Positions 37,422-47,508 of a DNA stretch of 64,000 bases are shown piece by piece. The stretch is taken from assembly GCA_040755995.1 (NCBI GenBank), contig JBFMAF010000040.1, positions 64,001 through 128,000 on the forward strand. The letters run 5' to 3'. How positions within the stretch are numbered: position 1 is the stretch's first letter; each line of letters starts with the position of its first letter. The notes under the pieces were generated by a model. The model was not told the DNA's origin. It did no database searches and saw only the letters and a program-made list of their open reading frames with translations. The DNA comes from Acidobacteriota bacterium (GTDB lineage: Bacteria; Acidobacteriota; CAIWXX01). The position numbers and the translations under genes were made by a program.

Positions 37422-38894
37422 TCAGAATTTCCAGTAGATGAACGGGTGGAACGCCGTGTTGGTGAGCGTGCAGACGCAGACGAAGAAGAGGACGACGGAG
37501 GCCACGAACCTCAGGCCAATCATGGCAGGCCCTGAGGCCCATCGATCGAACGCCGGGCTGAGCCGGGTCCACGGCAGAATCGCCGGCACGAAGCACAGGA
37601 GCAATGCCAGCACGACGATCGAGAGAGCCCGCACGCTGGCAACGTCGACCCACATCGTTGAGCTGTGCAGCGCACTGATGTTGAACATGTGGCCCACAAA
37701 CGAAAGAGCCAGCGCGATCGAGTCGGAGCGGAACAGGACCCAGCCGAACAAGACGATCAGGAAGGTCAGCGGAATCTTTGCAAGCTTGGGCAGCCGGCGT
37801 GAGCGCTTCAGCCAGAACAGCTTGTCGATCACGAGGAAGACGCCGTGGTACACCCCCCAGACGACGAACGTCCAGTTGGCGCCATGCCACAGGCCTGCAA
37901 GGAACATGGTGGCGAGCGTGGCCGTCGCGTAGGCAAGGGAGTCCGTCCTCACGAACCAGATGCGATCCCGCTCCACCCGCCTCATGAGGGCAAAGGAGAT
38001 CGGAAGGAAAAGATAATCCCGCAGCCAGTTCGACAGCGTAATGTGCCAGCGCCGCCAGAACTCGGTGATGCTCTGCGCCAGATACGGCCGGTCGAAGTTC
38101 TCCGGAAGCTGAAATCCAAGCAGCTTCCCGACGCCGATGGCCATGTCCGTGTAGCCCGAAAAGTCGAAGTAGATCTGAAAGGCGTAACAAAGGGCACCAA
38201 GCCACGCATAAGGCATCGAAACCGACCCGGCACCCATCTGGAAGACGCGGTCGGCCACCTCTCCCATCGTGTCGGCGATGAGCGCCTTCTTGGCGAGTCC
38301 GACGGTGAACCGGAAAATGCCGCTGGTGATGGCATCCAATGAGTGAACCCGCCCTGCCAGCTGAGAGGCAATGAGGCCGAACCGCACGATCGGCCCCTGC
38401 GTAAGCTTCGGGAAGAGCAGGATGTAGAGCAGGTACGAGGCCAGACTCGGCGCCGGAGCGACGCGCTTCCAGTAGACGTCGATCACGTAGCAGAGACGCT
38501 GGAACGTGATGAATGAGATGCCCAGCGGCATTGCGACGCGGGTCCAGCGTACGGGTGAGACAGTGAAAAGCGCCAGCACCGAGTTCGCCTGCGCGACGAA
38601 GAAGCCGGCGTACTTGAAGTAGAGCAGCAGGCCGACATTGACTGCAATGCTCGCCAGAAGCAGCCCGCGCCTCAGGTGGGGGCGATCAGCGTGGGCGAAA
38701 ATCGCGTTGCAGAGGACGTAGTCGAGAATACTCGTGGCCAGCAACAGGCCGGCGAACCTCGGCGCCCCCCACGCATAGAAGATCAGACTCGCGACGAGTG
38801 CCGCGTGGTTTTTGAAACGCGAAGGCGTGATCGCGTAGATCAGCAGAAATCCGGGAAGGAAGGCGAATAGAAATACGAGTGAGCTCAGCGCCAT
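37422..38894 (-). CDS. MBOAT family O-acyltransferase (AlgI-like)
   Basis: PLGISFITFQ, FPKLTQGPIVR, QIYFDFSGYTDMAIG, ENFDRPY, FWRRWHITLS, GLWHGA, FIYWKF. Confidence 0.95.
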   Translation of the reverse strand: MALSSLVFLFAFLPGFLLIYAITPSRFKNHAALVASLIFYAWGAPRFAGLLLATSILDYVLCNAIFAHADRPHLRRGLLLASIAVNVGLLLYFKYAGFFVAQANSVLALFTVSPVRWTRVAMPLGISFITFQRLCYVIDVYWKRVAPAPSLASYLLYILLFPKLTQGPIVRFGLIASQLAGRVHSLDAITSGIFRFTVGLAKKALIADTMGEVADRVFQMGAGSVSMPYAWLGALCYAFQIYFDFSGYTDMAIGVGKLLGFQLPENFDRPYLAQSITEFWRRWHITLSNWLRDYLFLPISFALMRRVERDRIWFVRTDSLAYATATLATMFLAGLWHGANWTFVVWGVYHGVFLVIDKLFWLKRSRRLPKLAKIPLTFLIVLFGWVLFRSDSIALALSFVGHMFNISALHSSTMWVDVASVRALSIVVLALLLCFVPAILPWTRLSPAFDRWASGPAMIGLRFVASVVLFFVCVCTLTNTAFHPFIYWKF

Positions 38895-39080
38895 CGAGCA
38901 TCAGGCGGATCGGCCCGCAACATGCGGCACGCTCCGGGTCACTCCATACATCTCGTCCTCCTGGACGGTCCGTCATGCTATCACATCAGCCCCGAATCCC
39001 GTCAGGCCTCGTCTGCCGCTCGGGAGGGCGATGCTCCTGCGGAGCCGCGCTCGACCGGCTCCGCCTTCGGAGATGCCGTT

Positions 39081-39109
39081 TTGAGCAGCGGGCCAGGAGA
39101 TTCTATAAT
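39081..39109 (+). promoter_or_regulatory. Sigma70-type promoter
   Basis: TTGAGC, 17 nt, TATAAT, upstream of the GGAGG RBS and ATG 39156. Confidence 0.6.
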
Positions 39110-39155
39110 CCCGTCGGCTGTGAGATTCTCGAAGATGTCATGGAGGCCATTCAGG

Positions 39156-39968
39156 ATGAGTGAGAAGACCATGGTAGATCATGCATACCGCCGATTCGGA
39201 ACTAAGCTCGCATGGCTCGTCTGTGCCGGGCTCTCGCTCGCGGCTGACTGCGCCGGCTCGGAGGACGCGCGTGAAATCCTGATCGAGACCGAAAACCGCC
39301 ATCGCACGCGCACGCAGGAGTATTCCGGCGATCTCACGGTCGTATCGCGACAGGGAAAGGAGCGCCACAAGGCGTGGAAGAGCTATCGCGACGGCTACGC
39401 CGGCGATTCGAAGCAGCTGATTCGGTTCCTGGCGCCCCCGGAAGTGCGGGGAGTCGGATTTCTGTCGGTCGGCACTGCGGGAAAGAACCCCGATCAGTGG
39501 CTCTACCTGCCGTCGATGAAACGGGAACGCCGTATCGCTACACAGGACCGCGAGTCGTCTTTCGTCGGGACTGATTTCAACTTCGAGGACATGGAAGAGT
39601 TCGACCAATCGCGATACGAGCCGCGGCTCACAGGCGACCAGGTGGTGGATGGGCAGCAGTGCCACATCATCGAGGCGTTTCCGAAGGAGAAGTCAGTCTA
39701 TGCGAAGAAGGTCCTGGCGATCCGGAAGGACGTTCTCTTTCTCGTGCGCATGGAGTGCTTCAAGAAGGACGAGAAGGACCCGTGCAAGCGGCTTGTGCTG
39801 TCCGACATCCAGCAGGTCGACGGGCACTGGGTAGCGCGCAAGCTGGAGATGTCCGATCTGCTCAAGGGGAGCCGTACCACCGTAGTCCTCAAAGAGATCG
39901 CCTTTGACCGGCCTCAGCCGCGCGACCGCTTCACGCTCCAAAACCTCAACCGCGAGGAAGGCGACTAG
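39156..39968 (+). CDS. Outer membrane lipoprotein-sorting (LolA-like) protein
   Basis: LIRFLAPPEVRGVGFL, DQWLYLPSMKRERRI, SFVGTDFNFEDM family motifs; signal-like N-terminus. Confidence 0.85.
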   Translation: MSEKTMVDHAYRRFGTKLAWLVCAGLSLAADCAGSEDAREILIETENRHRTRTQEYSGDLTVVSRQGKERHKAWKSYRDGYAGDSKQLIRFLAPPEVRGVGFLSVGTAGKNPDQWLYLPSMKRERRIATQDRESSFVGTDFNFEDMEEFDQSRYEPRLTGDQVVDGQQCHIIEAFPKEKSVYAKKVLAIRKDVLFLVRMECFKKDEKDPCKRLVLSDIQQVDGHWVARKLEMSDLLKGSRTTVVLKEIAFDRPQPRDRFTLQNLNREEGD

Positions 39969-40140
39969 CGGAGACGGGGAGAACCGGAGAATCGGGGAAA
40001 CGGAGACTCGGGGATACGGAGAATCGGAGAAACGGGCAGCATCGGAGGATGGGAGAGACGGGGAGACGGAGACGCGGTGACGCTGGGACGCGGAGAAAGG
40101 GAGCGCCGGAGAATCGCGGGGATGGAGATCGGAGAGAATG
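39969..40140. repeat. Degenerate purine-rich octamer array (CGGAGAnn)
   Basis: cggagacg gggagaac cggagaat cggggaaa cggagact ... about 20 imperfect units starting right after the stop codon. Confidence 0.8.
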
Positions 40141-40179
40141 GGAGGCCGCCGAATAGGAGAACCTAAGGGAAGAAATGCG

Positions 40180-41460
40180 GTGACAAGTAGGCGGCCTTCT
40201 CCCTTTCACCTTTCCCCTCTTGCCTTTCGCCTTTCCACTTTTCCCCTTGCCCTCTTGCCTTTCCTCTTTTCACTTCTTCTCTGCGGCGGCGCGCAGGGTT
40301 TCACCGGCTACGTCGAGACCAAGGCTCTTTCCTTTTTCGAGAAGACCACCGGCGCAGATGACTGGGTCACGGGGTGGGGGGTCGTGTTTCTGAAGGAAGA
40401 GGGGAGGGTCGGCCGGTCTGGATTCGTGGCGTCTGGGCGAGCCGAGGGCATCACGTCGAGCTACCAGGGGCCGATCGTCTTCGATCCCGCTGATCGCGGC
40501 GCGGCGCGGCCTCCGCTATCCATCCGCGAGCTATACGTAAGGCTGCGGCTCGCCGATTCAGTCGACCTGCAGCTCGGCCGGTTCGAGCTCGGATGGGGAA
40601 AGACCGACGGATACTCCCCGGCCGATGCGTTCTTGCCGCGCGATCAGACCGATCCATTCGCAGACGAGAAGCTTCCGCTCTGGGGCGCGCGTCTCCAGGG
40701 CCAACGTGGCACTCTGCGCTACGAACTGCTCGCCACCTTCGTCACCACACCCTGGCGGCTGCCGTCGATGGAAGGGCGGTACTCGCCGTTTTCCGAGCAG
40801 GGGTACTTTCTTCTTCCTGCGGACAACGACCCTCCGGTACGCGGGTTCGAGGCAATCCGTCTCATGAAGACATGGGGTCCATGGGACGGCGGCGTCTGGG
40901 CACGAACGGGCATCCGGCCGGCTCCTCTCCTCACGCCCCACCTGGATCAGGCCGAGTATCGCCCGGACGGCGTGTTCGTCCCGGTTGATCGTCGCTTCGC
41001 GGATGAGCACGCCGCGGGGATCGAGCTGTCCAGAGTCGCCGGCGCGTACGTGCTGCGCGGCGAGATCGGCGCATCGTTCTCGGACGATCCGGATCTGGGC
41101 GACGCCTTGATCTGGGCGATCGGATGCGAGCGGGCCGTTGGCGACGGGAGCATGATGATCACAGTGTGCGGGAACGCACTCGACCCGCCGGTCGATCCGC
41201 TGCTGCTGTTCGATCGAGCCATGCTCCCGGCCGTCATCGTCGCCTTCTACCAGAATCCGCCGTGGGGCTACTGGAAAGTCGTGTGGACGACACAGCTGCG
41301 TGAGACCAGCGACCTGCTCAAGGCGGAGCTGGACTACAATCTCACCGACGTCTGGAAGCTGACCGTGGGACTCGACCTGCCGTACGGGTCCACCGACGGA
41401 GCCTTCGGCGCCGTGTCCGACGGACGCCGAGTGCGGGCCGGTCTGCGCCGGAGCTGGTGA
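40180..41460 (+). CDS. Putative outer-membrane beta-barrel protein (DUF1302-like)
   Basis: IRELYVRL...DLQLGRFELGWGKTDGYSPAD, amphipathic beta strands, C-terminal W; follows the LolA-like gene. Start uncertain. Confidence 0.7.
   Translation: MTSRRPSPFHLSPLAFRLSTFPLALLPFLFSLLLCGGAQGFTGYVETKALSFFEKTTGADDWVTGWGVVFLKEEGRVGRSGFVASGRAEGITSSYQGPIVFDPADRGAARPPLSIRELYVRLRLADSVDLQLGRFELGWGKTDGYSPADAFLPRDQTDPFADEKLPLWGARLQGQRGTLRYELLATFVTTPWRLPSMEGRYSPFSEQGYFLLPADNDPPVRGFEAIRLMKTWGPWDGGVWARTGIRPAPLLTPHLDQAEYRPDGVFVPVDRRFADEHAAGIELSRVAGAYVLRGEIGASFSDDPDLGDALIWAIGCERAVGDGSMMITVCGNALDPPVDPLLLFDRAMLPAVIVAFYQNPPWGYWKVVWTTQLRETSDLLKAELDYNLTDVWKLTVGLDLPYGSTDGAFGAVSDGRRVRAGLRRSW
40202..40278. repeat. Eleven pyrimidine-rich heptamers (CCTTTCn) inside the predicted signal peptide
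   Basis: cctttca cctttcc cctcttg cctttcg cctttcc acttttc cccttgc cctcttg cctttcc tcttttc acttctt. Confidence 0.8.
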
Positions 41461-41484
41461 CGAGGGAAGACGCGGAGAAGCGCA

Positions 41485-41526
41485 GAACCGGGAACCGAGA
41501 ACCGGGAACCTGGAACCTGGAACCTA
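41485..41526. repeat. Six tandem heptamers (GAACCnn) between convergent genes
   Basis: gaaccgg gaaccga gaaccgg gaacctg gaacctg gaaccta. The last unit contains the minus-strand TAG stop at 41524-26. Confidence 0.85.
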
Positions 41527-43560
41527 GTATCGCACCACCTTCAGTGCCGCATCGGTCGCCTGGAGCAGCGGTTTCACGGAGATCTCGGTTCCCACCGCGT
41601 TCTTCATCCACACCTGCGGGAGGACGTTGCCGGCCGAGCACATCCGTTCCATTTCGGGTCCGATCGGCTTGTAGCGCAGGTAGTCCTCGAGCTGGAATTG
41701 GATCAGGTGGCCGAGCGGGTAGCTCGGCAGGTAGAGCGCGTAGTCGATCATGTGCGAGTAGATGGCGAGGATGTCCTGGTCGCGCACTCCGAAGACGGGC
41801 GCGTAGTAGCTGTTCCAAACCTCCTTCGCGGCGGAGATCACGGCCTGCTTCAACTCCGCGGGACCCGCTTCGGGATGGTCGTACATCCAGTGCCAGACCT
41901 TCATGTCTACGAGGGCCACGCCCATGATCTCGTAGGCATTCCAGAAGGTGTCGAGAGTCTGGAGCTCTCTATTGTTCGGGATCTCCTGCTTGACCCCCAG
42001 AATCTCCAGGTCCCGCTCCTGGAACACGAAAGCGAAGGCCTCGGTGAAGGCGGTGTTCGGGACGCCGGTTAGCGAGAGGTAGTCCACCTTGTGCAACGAA
42101 AGCGTCTGCTCGACGGTGTGTCCGAGCTCGTGCATCGCGATGTTGTAGCCCTTGTAGTTCATGCCTCCGGCCGGCACGCGCGTTCGCAAGCGCGACTTGA
42201 ACCTCCGCATCGGGGCCCCCGCCGCGTGCCCCGAGCCTCTCGCCGGATCCACTTGGATCTTCGGGGCGATGAAGGCGGCGCTCTCCTCCGAGAAGCCCAG
42301 CTTGACCAGAATGTTTGGTATATCCTCTTCGAACGCCTCGATCGTCGGGTACTTCTTCGCCACGGCCTTGTCCAGCTGCTCTTCGGGTATTCCAGCCGAA
42401 CCCTTGAAACCCGGATACCAGATGTCGAACGGCTGCAGCTTGCGTCCGAGCCTCTTCCTGATGAGGTCGGCCACAGGCCGGACCTGCCTCGATGAGAGAA
42501 GCTCCACAAACATAGCCTCGACGTCCTTCTCTGGAATCTCGCTGCCCGCTTGAAAGACCCTGGCAATATGATTTGGATACATCGGGTCGTAAGGATCGTA
42601 CATCCTCATCGCCTCGTACACGCTGTTGAACGTCGCGTAGCGCGTTTCGGGCTCGGGCGGTCCTTCTACCGGCTTGCCGTTCTCATATACCCGGTTGGCG
42701 AAGGGATCCCACTGGTACTTGGAGCTGTTCACGACCTTCTCGGGGATCTCCTGCTGGATGATTCTCTCCATGACCTTCTGGATCATCTGCTGCTTGTAGA
42801 ATCCTTCCGGATCCGCGTATCGTGCTTTGAGCTCATCCCTTATTCCCCAATGAGAGATCAGTTTCATGTCCGCAGGGAAGTAGGTTTTCATCTTGCCGTC
42901 GACGAGCGAGCCCATGCAGATGTTGTAGTCCGATACATACGCGTGAGCCTTCGTCATGATAGCACTGGCCTTCTGGCTCACATCAGCCGGGATTCGCGAC
43001 GTTATCTGCGCACCCATTCGTGCGTATGCCCACTGCCTGCGGTCCCAAGAGGGGCAGCTCATCGACATCTCGTCCAGCGAGTACCTCGGGAAGTTCAGGA
43101 CGACAAAGAACGCCACCTTGCTCCGGAAGAGGTCATCCGACAGGTGGGCTGCCGGATTCAGGCTTGCCATGGCCATGTCGATCGGCATGATCTCGCCCCA
43201 GTCCAGGTCGAGATACAGGTGCAGGTCGCGGCGCATCTCCCCAAAATACCCGCCGATGACTTCGCTGTAGAACTCGATCCGCTTGAAGTTCGCGTCCAGC
43301 GACGCGTTGTCTCCGATGAAGTACTGCTGGCACAGGGCCGCGAATTCATCCTTCGTGCCGTCCGCCGCATTCCACAGGTCGGCCGCTCGATCCACCCCAC
43401 GCTCGATGCGAAACCTCTGCGCCTCCCCGAACCTCTTCAGCAGCTCTTCCTTTATCCTGGCCCGGGTTTCCTTGTCGATCCACGGAGCCGCCTCTTCGGA
43501 TTGCGCGGGGATGGTCGCTGCGAGCAGAACGCCCATGGCGAGCAGTGCGAATAGTCTCAC
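41524..43560 (-). CDS. Secreted putative gluzincin zinc metallopeptidase (M2/M3/M32-like)
   Basis: AGGAGG RBS with GTG 43560; signal peptide; HELGH with a downstream Glu in NTAFTEAF; YLPSYPLGHLI. Confidence 0.7.
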   Translation of the reverse strand: MRLFALLAMGVLLAATIPAQSEEAAPWIDKETRARIKEELLKRFGEAQRFRIERGVDRAADLWNAADGTKDEFAALCQQYFIGDNASLDANFKRIEFYSEVIGGYFGEMRRDLHLYLDLDWGEIMPIDMAMASLNPAAHLSDDLFRSKVAFFVVLNFPRYSLDEMSMSCPSWDRRQWAYARMGAQITSRIPADVSQKASAIMTKAHAYVSDYNICMGSLVDGKMKTYFPADMKLISHWGIRDELKARYADPEGFYKQQMIQKVMERIIQQEIPEKVVNSSKYQWDPFANRVYENGKPVEGPPEPETRYATFNSVYEAMRMYDPYDPMYPNHIARVFQAGSEIPEKDVEAMFVELLSSRQVRPVADLIRKRLGRKLQPFDIWYPGFKGSAGIPEEQLDKAVAKKYPTIEAFEEDIPNILVKLGFSEESAAFIAPKIQVDPARGSGHAAGAPMRRFKSRLRTRVPAGGMNYKGYNIAMHELGHTVEQTLSLHKVDYLSLTGVPNTAFTEAFAFVFQERDLEILGVKQEIPNNRELQTLDTFWNAYEIMGVALVDMKVWHWMYDHPEAGPAELKQAVISAAKEVWNSYYAPVFGVRDQDILAIYSHMIDYALYLPSYPLGHLIQFQLEDYLRYKPIGPEMERMCSAGNVLPQVWMKNAVGTEISVKPLLQATDAALKVVRY

Positions 43561-43781
43561 GTGAGTTCCTCCTGGTTGCACGGAACGGATGAGCCGGTGG
43601 CGAGGCCGTTCTGCGGGCCGGCTCGGCCGGATACGCCCATCACCACCACCACCGGCGCGGAATCCAGCGTCGAACCTCCCTCTTCGGGCCGCATCAATTC
43701 TAATACGTATCACGGGACTCTCGAGTTCACGTGCGAGCCACCGCCGGGGACCTCCACCGAAGCGGCTCGGCGCGCACACGC

Positions 43782-44540
43782 CTACTCGCTTGGCGCCTGC
43801 CTGATCTCTTCCAGCAGATAGTCGACGAGGCGATCGAGGTAGGCCAGGCCCTTGTCGGCCGAGGCTTTCGCCGGATCTCCGAGGACGCCGTTCTCGGTGA
43901 GACTCGTCATACCCTTCTGCATGAGCAAATCCACCTGCTCCGGCCCCAGCGGCCCCACATATCCTGCGGCCAATCTGTCCTGCGCCACCAGGTCCTCGGC
44001 CAGCGCCAAGAGGATGGATGTCTCGCTCTCACCTGCATGCGCACCCGAGTCCTCGGCGGAGATGCCGAACTCACCCGATGCGCGCGCCAGCACGCCGAAG
44101 ACAGCCATGAGGTCAGTACACCCGGTGATGTGCAGATGAGGGAACATGGGTCGCAGCCGCTCGATCGTCTTCTTCACCGTGAAGAAGTTGCCGCCATGAC
44201 TCGGCAGCAGAACAACGCGCTTGAACCCGTGCTTCGAAAGGCTCCGCGCGTAGTCCTCGATGATCATGCCGAGAGTCTCCGCGCGCAGCGAAATGGTGCC
44301 CGGAAAGGCCAGATGATGGTCCGAGCATCCCAGCGCGATCGTGCGCGCCTGCAGCGCGTCGCCGAGCCTGGATGCCACTCTGTAAGCCAATGCTTCGCCT
44401 ATGAGCGTGTCGGTGCTCGTCGGCAGATGAGGCCCGTGCTGCTCGGTAGAGCCGATTCCTACTACTACCGTAGTAAATCCATCGTCCACAGCCCGCCGGA
44501 TGTCCGGCCAGTTCATGTCCTCCATGCGGATCGTTCTCAA
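43782..44540 (-). CDS. Creatininase family amidohydrolase
   Basis: GSTEQHGPHLP..TD, GCSDHHLAFPGTISL, SHGGN, HAGESETS, NGVLGDP. TTG start after GGAGG. Confidence 0.92.
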   Translation of the reverse strand: MRTIRMEDMNWPDIRRAVDDGFTTVVVGIGSTEQHGPHLPTSTDTLIGEALAYRVASRLGDALQARTIALGCSDHHLAFPGTISLRAETLGMIIEDYARSLSKHGFKRVVLLPSHGGNFFTVKKTIERLRPMFPHLHITGCTDLMAVFGVLARASGEFGISAEDSGAHAGESETSILLALAEDLVAQDRLAAGYVGPLGPEQVDLLMQKGMTSLTENGVLGDPAKASADKGLAYLDRLVDYLLEEIRQAPSE

Positions 44541-44581
44541 GGCCTGCCCTCCATATTGGATGCACCCGCCGCCCACGGCTG

Positions 44582-45733
44582 CTACGTCTCGACCACGACT
44601 CTCGGCACGTTCGGATTGATCCGGGTCACGATCTCATAGTTGATTGTGCCGGCCAGCGACGCGAGATAGTCCGCCGTGATCCGCTCGGTCCCGTCACGGC
44701 CGATCAGAGTGACCTCGTCCTCGATTCCCGCGCCCCGGATGTCAGTGATGTCGGCCATGAGGAAGTCCATGGCCACGCGCCCACGCAGTGCCGCCCGCCT
44801 GCCGCGTATGAGCACGTAGGAGGCGTTCGACAGAGATCGCGCATAGCCGTCGTAGTAGCCGACAGGGACGACCGCCAGCCGGCTGTCGCGTGTGGTCTTG
44901 TACGTGCAGCCGTACCCGACAAGCGAGTCCTTCGGGACGTGCTTGATCTGCGCAATCCGCGTCTTCCAGGCAAGGACCGGCTCGAGCCGCAGCGGCTCGC
45001 GCTTCTGCATGAGGCAAGAAAGATAGGTCTCCTTCGACGGCCACAGCCCATACAGCCCGATCCCGACGCGCACCATGTCGTGGTAGGTCTGGGGGAACAG
45101 GATAGTGGATGCCGTGCACGACATGTGCTTGATCGGAATGCTGATGCGGTTCGCCCGCAACAGCCGATTGACCGACTTGAAAAGCCCGAGCTGAAGCTGC
45201 GGGTAGAAGTGGTCCGTCGTGTCCTCGATATTCGCGAAATGCGATGAGAGCCCCTCGAGAATCAGCTCGCGGTGCCTCTTGATCCGGCGGATGAACTGCA
45301 GCAGCTTCTGCGATGCCACCCCCTGGCGATGCGTCCCAGTCTCCACCTTGATGTGCACTCGTGCCTGCCGGCCGAGCTTGCGGCAGCGCGCGGCGAGCCG
45401 TTCCACGGTCTCGTCGTTGTATACGATGAGCCTCAGATCGTGTCCGACGACCTCGTCGAGCTCGCGCAGTCCGACATACCCTAGGATGAGAATGGGCGCA
45501 CGGACTCCGGAACGCCTGAGGTGTATACCCTCCTCCGCCGAGTTCACGCCCAGCCACTCGGCGCCTGCTTCCAGCGCGATTCTCGAAACCTCGATACTCC
45601 CATGACCGTATGCATTGGCCTTGACTACCGCCATGAGCTTGCACTTTGCACCGACCAGCCGGCGAAACTGCGTGATGTTGTGCGCCATCGCCGGGCGGCG
45701 GATCTCGACCCACTGGAGATGTTTGTGATTCAC
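44582..45733 (-). CDS. alr: Alanine racemase
   Basis: AVVKANAYGHG (PLP lysine), HIKVETG, SHFA, MVRVGIGLYG, VGYG, GYYDG, GRVAMD, TINYEIV. Confidence 0.95.
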   Translation of the reverse strand: MNHKHLQWVEIRRPAMAHNITQFRRLVGAKCKLMAVVKANAYGHGSIEVSRIALEAGAEWLGVNSAEEGIHLRRSGVRAPILILGYVGLRELDEVVGHDLRLIVYNDETVERLAARCRKLGRQARVHIKVETGTHRQGVASQKLLQFIRRIKRHRELILEGLSSHFANIEDTTDHFYPQLQLGLFKSVNRLLRANRISIPIKHMSCTASTILFPQTYHDMVRVGIGLYGLWPSKETYLSCLMQKREPLRLEPVLAWKTRIAQIKHVPKDSLVGYGCTYKTTRDSRLAVVPVGYYDGYARSLSNASYVLIRGRRAALRGRVAMDFLMADITDIRGAGIEDEVTLIGRDGTERITADYLASLAGTINYEIVTRINPNVPRVVVET

Positions 45734-46057
45734 CGGCTGCCCATCCGCGGGTGGAGGCCCGCTATCTCAGCCGAACCCACCACACTCGACGCAAACACAG
45801 GCGGAGCATATGAGTGGCGGCCGGGCGTGTCAAGCCATGTGGGGCCACACCATTCCAGGTCATCCTTCTTGCACTCCTGAACCCGGACGTCGACGTGAAC
45901 GTGAACGGGTCATTCTCTCTTGCACTGTTCTCGTTCGCGTCCACAATCGCGAAGAACAGCCAACACGGCGCCGAATTGTCAGTCGACTTATAGACAACAT
46001 AGACCGACGCTTAGTCCATCGTTCAGAATCAAGATGCCCAGGTGCGATCAATTATTC

Positions 46058-46086
46058 TTGACTTATGAGGCGACTTATCGGATAAT
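46058..46086 (+). promoter_or_regulatory. Sigma70-type promoter of the Rrf2-cysK operon (probably leaderless)
   Basis: TTGACT, 17 nt, GATAAT, 6 nt before ATG 46093; GACTTAT occurs repeatedly in the region. Confidence 0.65.
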
Positions 46087-46092
46087 CTTGGC

Positions 46093-46524
46093 ATGAGGAT
46101 TAGCCTGAAGGCTGAGTACGCCGTGAGGGCGCTGCTGGACCTGGCGCTTCATGCGCCGCGGAACATGGGCAGTCGTTCCGCGGAGGTGGCGCGGAGAACG
46201 GGGGTTCCGGGGAAGTTCCTGGACGCCATTCTCCGCGATCTGCGGAAGGCCGGCCTGGTGTCGAGCAGGCGGGGAAGGGACGGCGGTCACTGGCTGGCTC
46301 GCGACCCTTCGCGGCTCACGGTCAGAGCCATCCTCGAAGCGATAGACGGTCCGCTGTCGGCGGGATTCGCGAGGGAGCACAGAGGCTCGGCCTCCAGCGA
46401 CGTCTGCCTGCAGGACCTATGGGGACGAGTCGTGCAGGCGGTCGAGGCCGTTGTGGACGATGTGACCCTTGACGATCTGCGTCGACAGGCCGGCAATCAC
46501 GATCCATTGGACTTCACAATCTGA
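46093..46524 (+). CDS. Rrf2 family transcriptional regulator (CymR-like)
   Basis: MRISLKAEYAVRALLDLA...FLDAILRDLRKAGLVSSRRGRDGG...AIDGP; only one cysteine, so no IscR-type cluster triad. Confidence 0.9.
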   Translation: MRISLKAEYAVRALLDLALHAPRNMGSRSAEVARRTGVPGKFLDAILRDLRKAGLVSSRRGRDGGHWLARDPSRLTVRAILEAIDGPLSAGFAREHRGSASSDVCLQDLWGRVVQAVEAVVDDVTLDDLRRQAGNHDPLDFTI

Positions 46525-46536
46525 AAGGAGTCGGTC

Positions 46537-47508
46537 ATGAGCAAGATATTCGACGACAACAGCTTCAGCATCGGCAACACTCCGCTGGTGCGATTGAACC
46601 GCATAACCCGCGGGCTCGACTGCGTCATCGCGGCGAAGATCGAGGGCAGGAATCCGGCCTACTCCGTCAAGTGCCGGATCGGCGCCTCGATGATCTGGGC
46701 AGCCGAGCGCGATGGGAGCCTGCAACCCGGATCGAGTGAGAGGGTGGTCATCGAGCCCACAAGCGGCAACACCGGCATCGCTCTCGCCTACGTTTGCGCC
46801 GCGCGCGGCTACCCGTTGCTTCTGACGATGCCGGAGACGATGTCGATCGAGCGCCGTCGCATGCTCCGCGCCTTCGGTGCCGACCTCATCTTGACCGAGG
46901 GCGCGAAGGGGATGCCGGGCGCCATCGCCAAGGCGGAGTCGATTGTGGCGGGCGATCCCAAGCGGTACTTCATGCCCCAGCAGTTCAAGAATCCTGCGAA
47001 TCCCGAGATTCACTTCAAGACGACCGGGCCCGAGATTTGGAACGATACGGACGGAAAGGTCGACATCTTCGTCTCGGGTATCGGCACGGGAGGCACCATC
47101 ACCGGAGCCGGCCGCTACTTGAGGTACGAGAAGAAGCGGCCGGTGCGGCTCGTCGCCGTCGAACCGGTCGCCTCGCCGGTGCTCACGGCGATCCGCAAAG
47201 GCGAGCCGCCGAAGCCCGGACCGCACAAGATCCAGGGCATTGGCGCGGGCTTCAAGCCCGACGTGCTCGACCTCGACCTCGTCGACGACATCGAGACGGT
47301 ATCGAACGAGGAATCGGTGGACATGGCGAAGCGCCTGCATCGGGAGGAAGGCATCACGTGCGGCATATCCTCGGGAGCCGCCGCGGCCGTCGCCCTCCGC
47401 GTGGCTGGGCGTCCCGAGAGCAAGGGCAAGCTCATCGTGACAGTGCTGCCCGACGCCGGCGAGCGCTATCTATCGAGTATACTGTTCGAGGACGTACCTG
47501 CTCAGTGA
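46537..47508 (+). CDS. cysK: Cysteine synthase A
   Basis: [55 protein letters not shown]. Confidence 0.96.
   Translation: MSKIFDDNSFSIGNTPLVRLNRITRGLDCVIAAKIEGRNPAYSVKCRIGASMIWAAERDGSLQPGSSERVVIEPTSGNTGIALAYVCAARGYPLLLTMPETMSIERRRMLRAFGADLILTEGAKGMPGAIAKAESIVAGDPKRYFMPQQFKNPANPEIHFKTTGPEIWNDTDGKVDIFVSGIGTGGTITGAGRYLRYEKKRPVRLVAVEPVASPVLTAIRKGEPPKPGPHKIQGIGAGFKPDVLDLDLVDDIETVSNEESVDMAKRLHREEGITCGISSGAAAAVALRVAGRPESKGKLIVTVLPDAGERYLSSILFEDVPAQ

Noticed and set aside
39969..40278. Repeat tract as a CRISPR array or ncRNA
   Set aside because: It is low-complexity 7-8-nt periodic sequence with no 25-40-nt repeat and unique spacer structure.
43782..44540. Mycofactocin cluster (mftE)
   Set aside because: No mftA/B/C/D/F-like genes are adjacent, so only the creatininase family call is supported.
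46794..47507. N-terminal 238 aa of the 620-aa ORF, suggesting a fused cysteine desulfurase
   Set aside because: This is an alternative frame overlapping cysK. Desulfurase motifs begin at ATG 47508.
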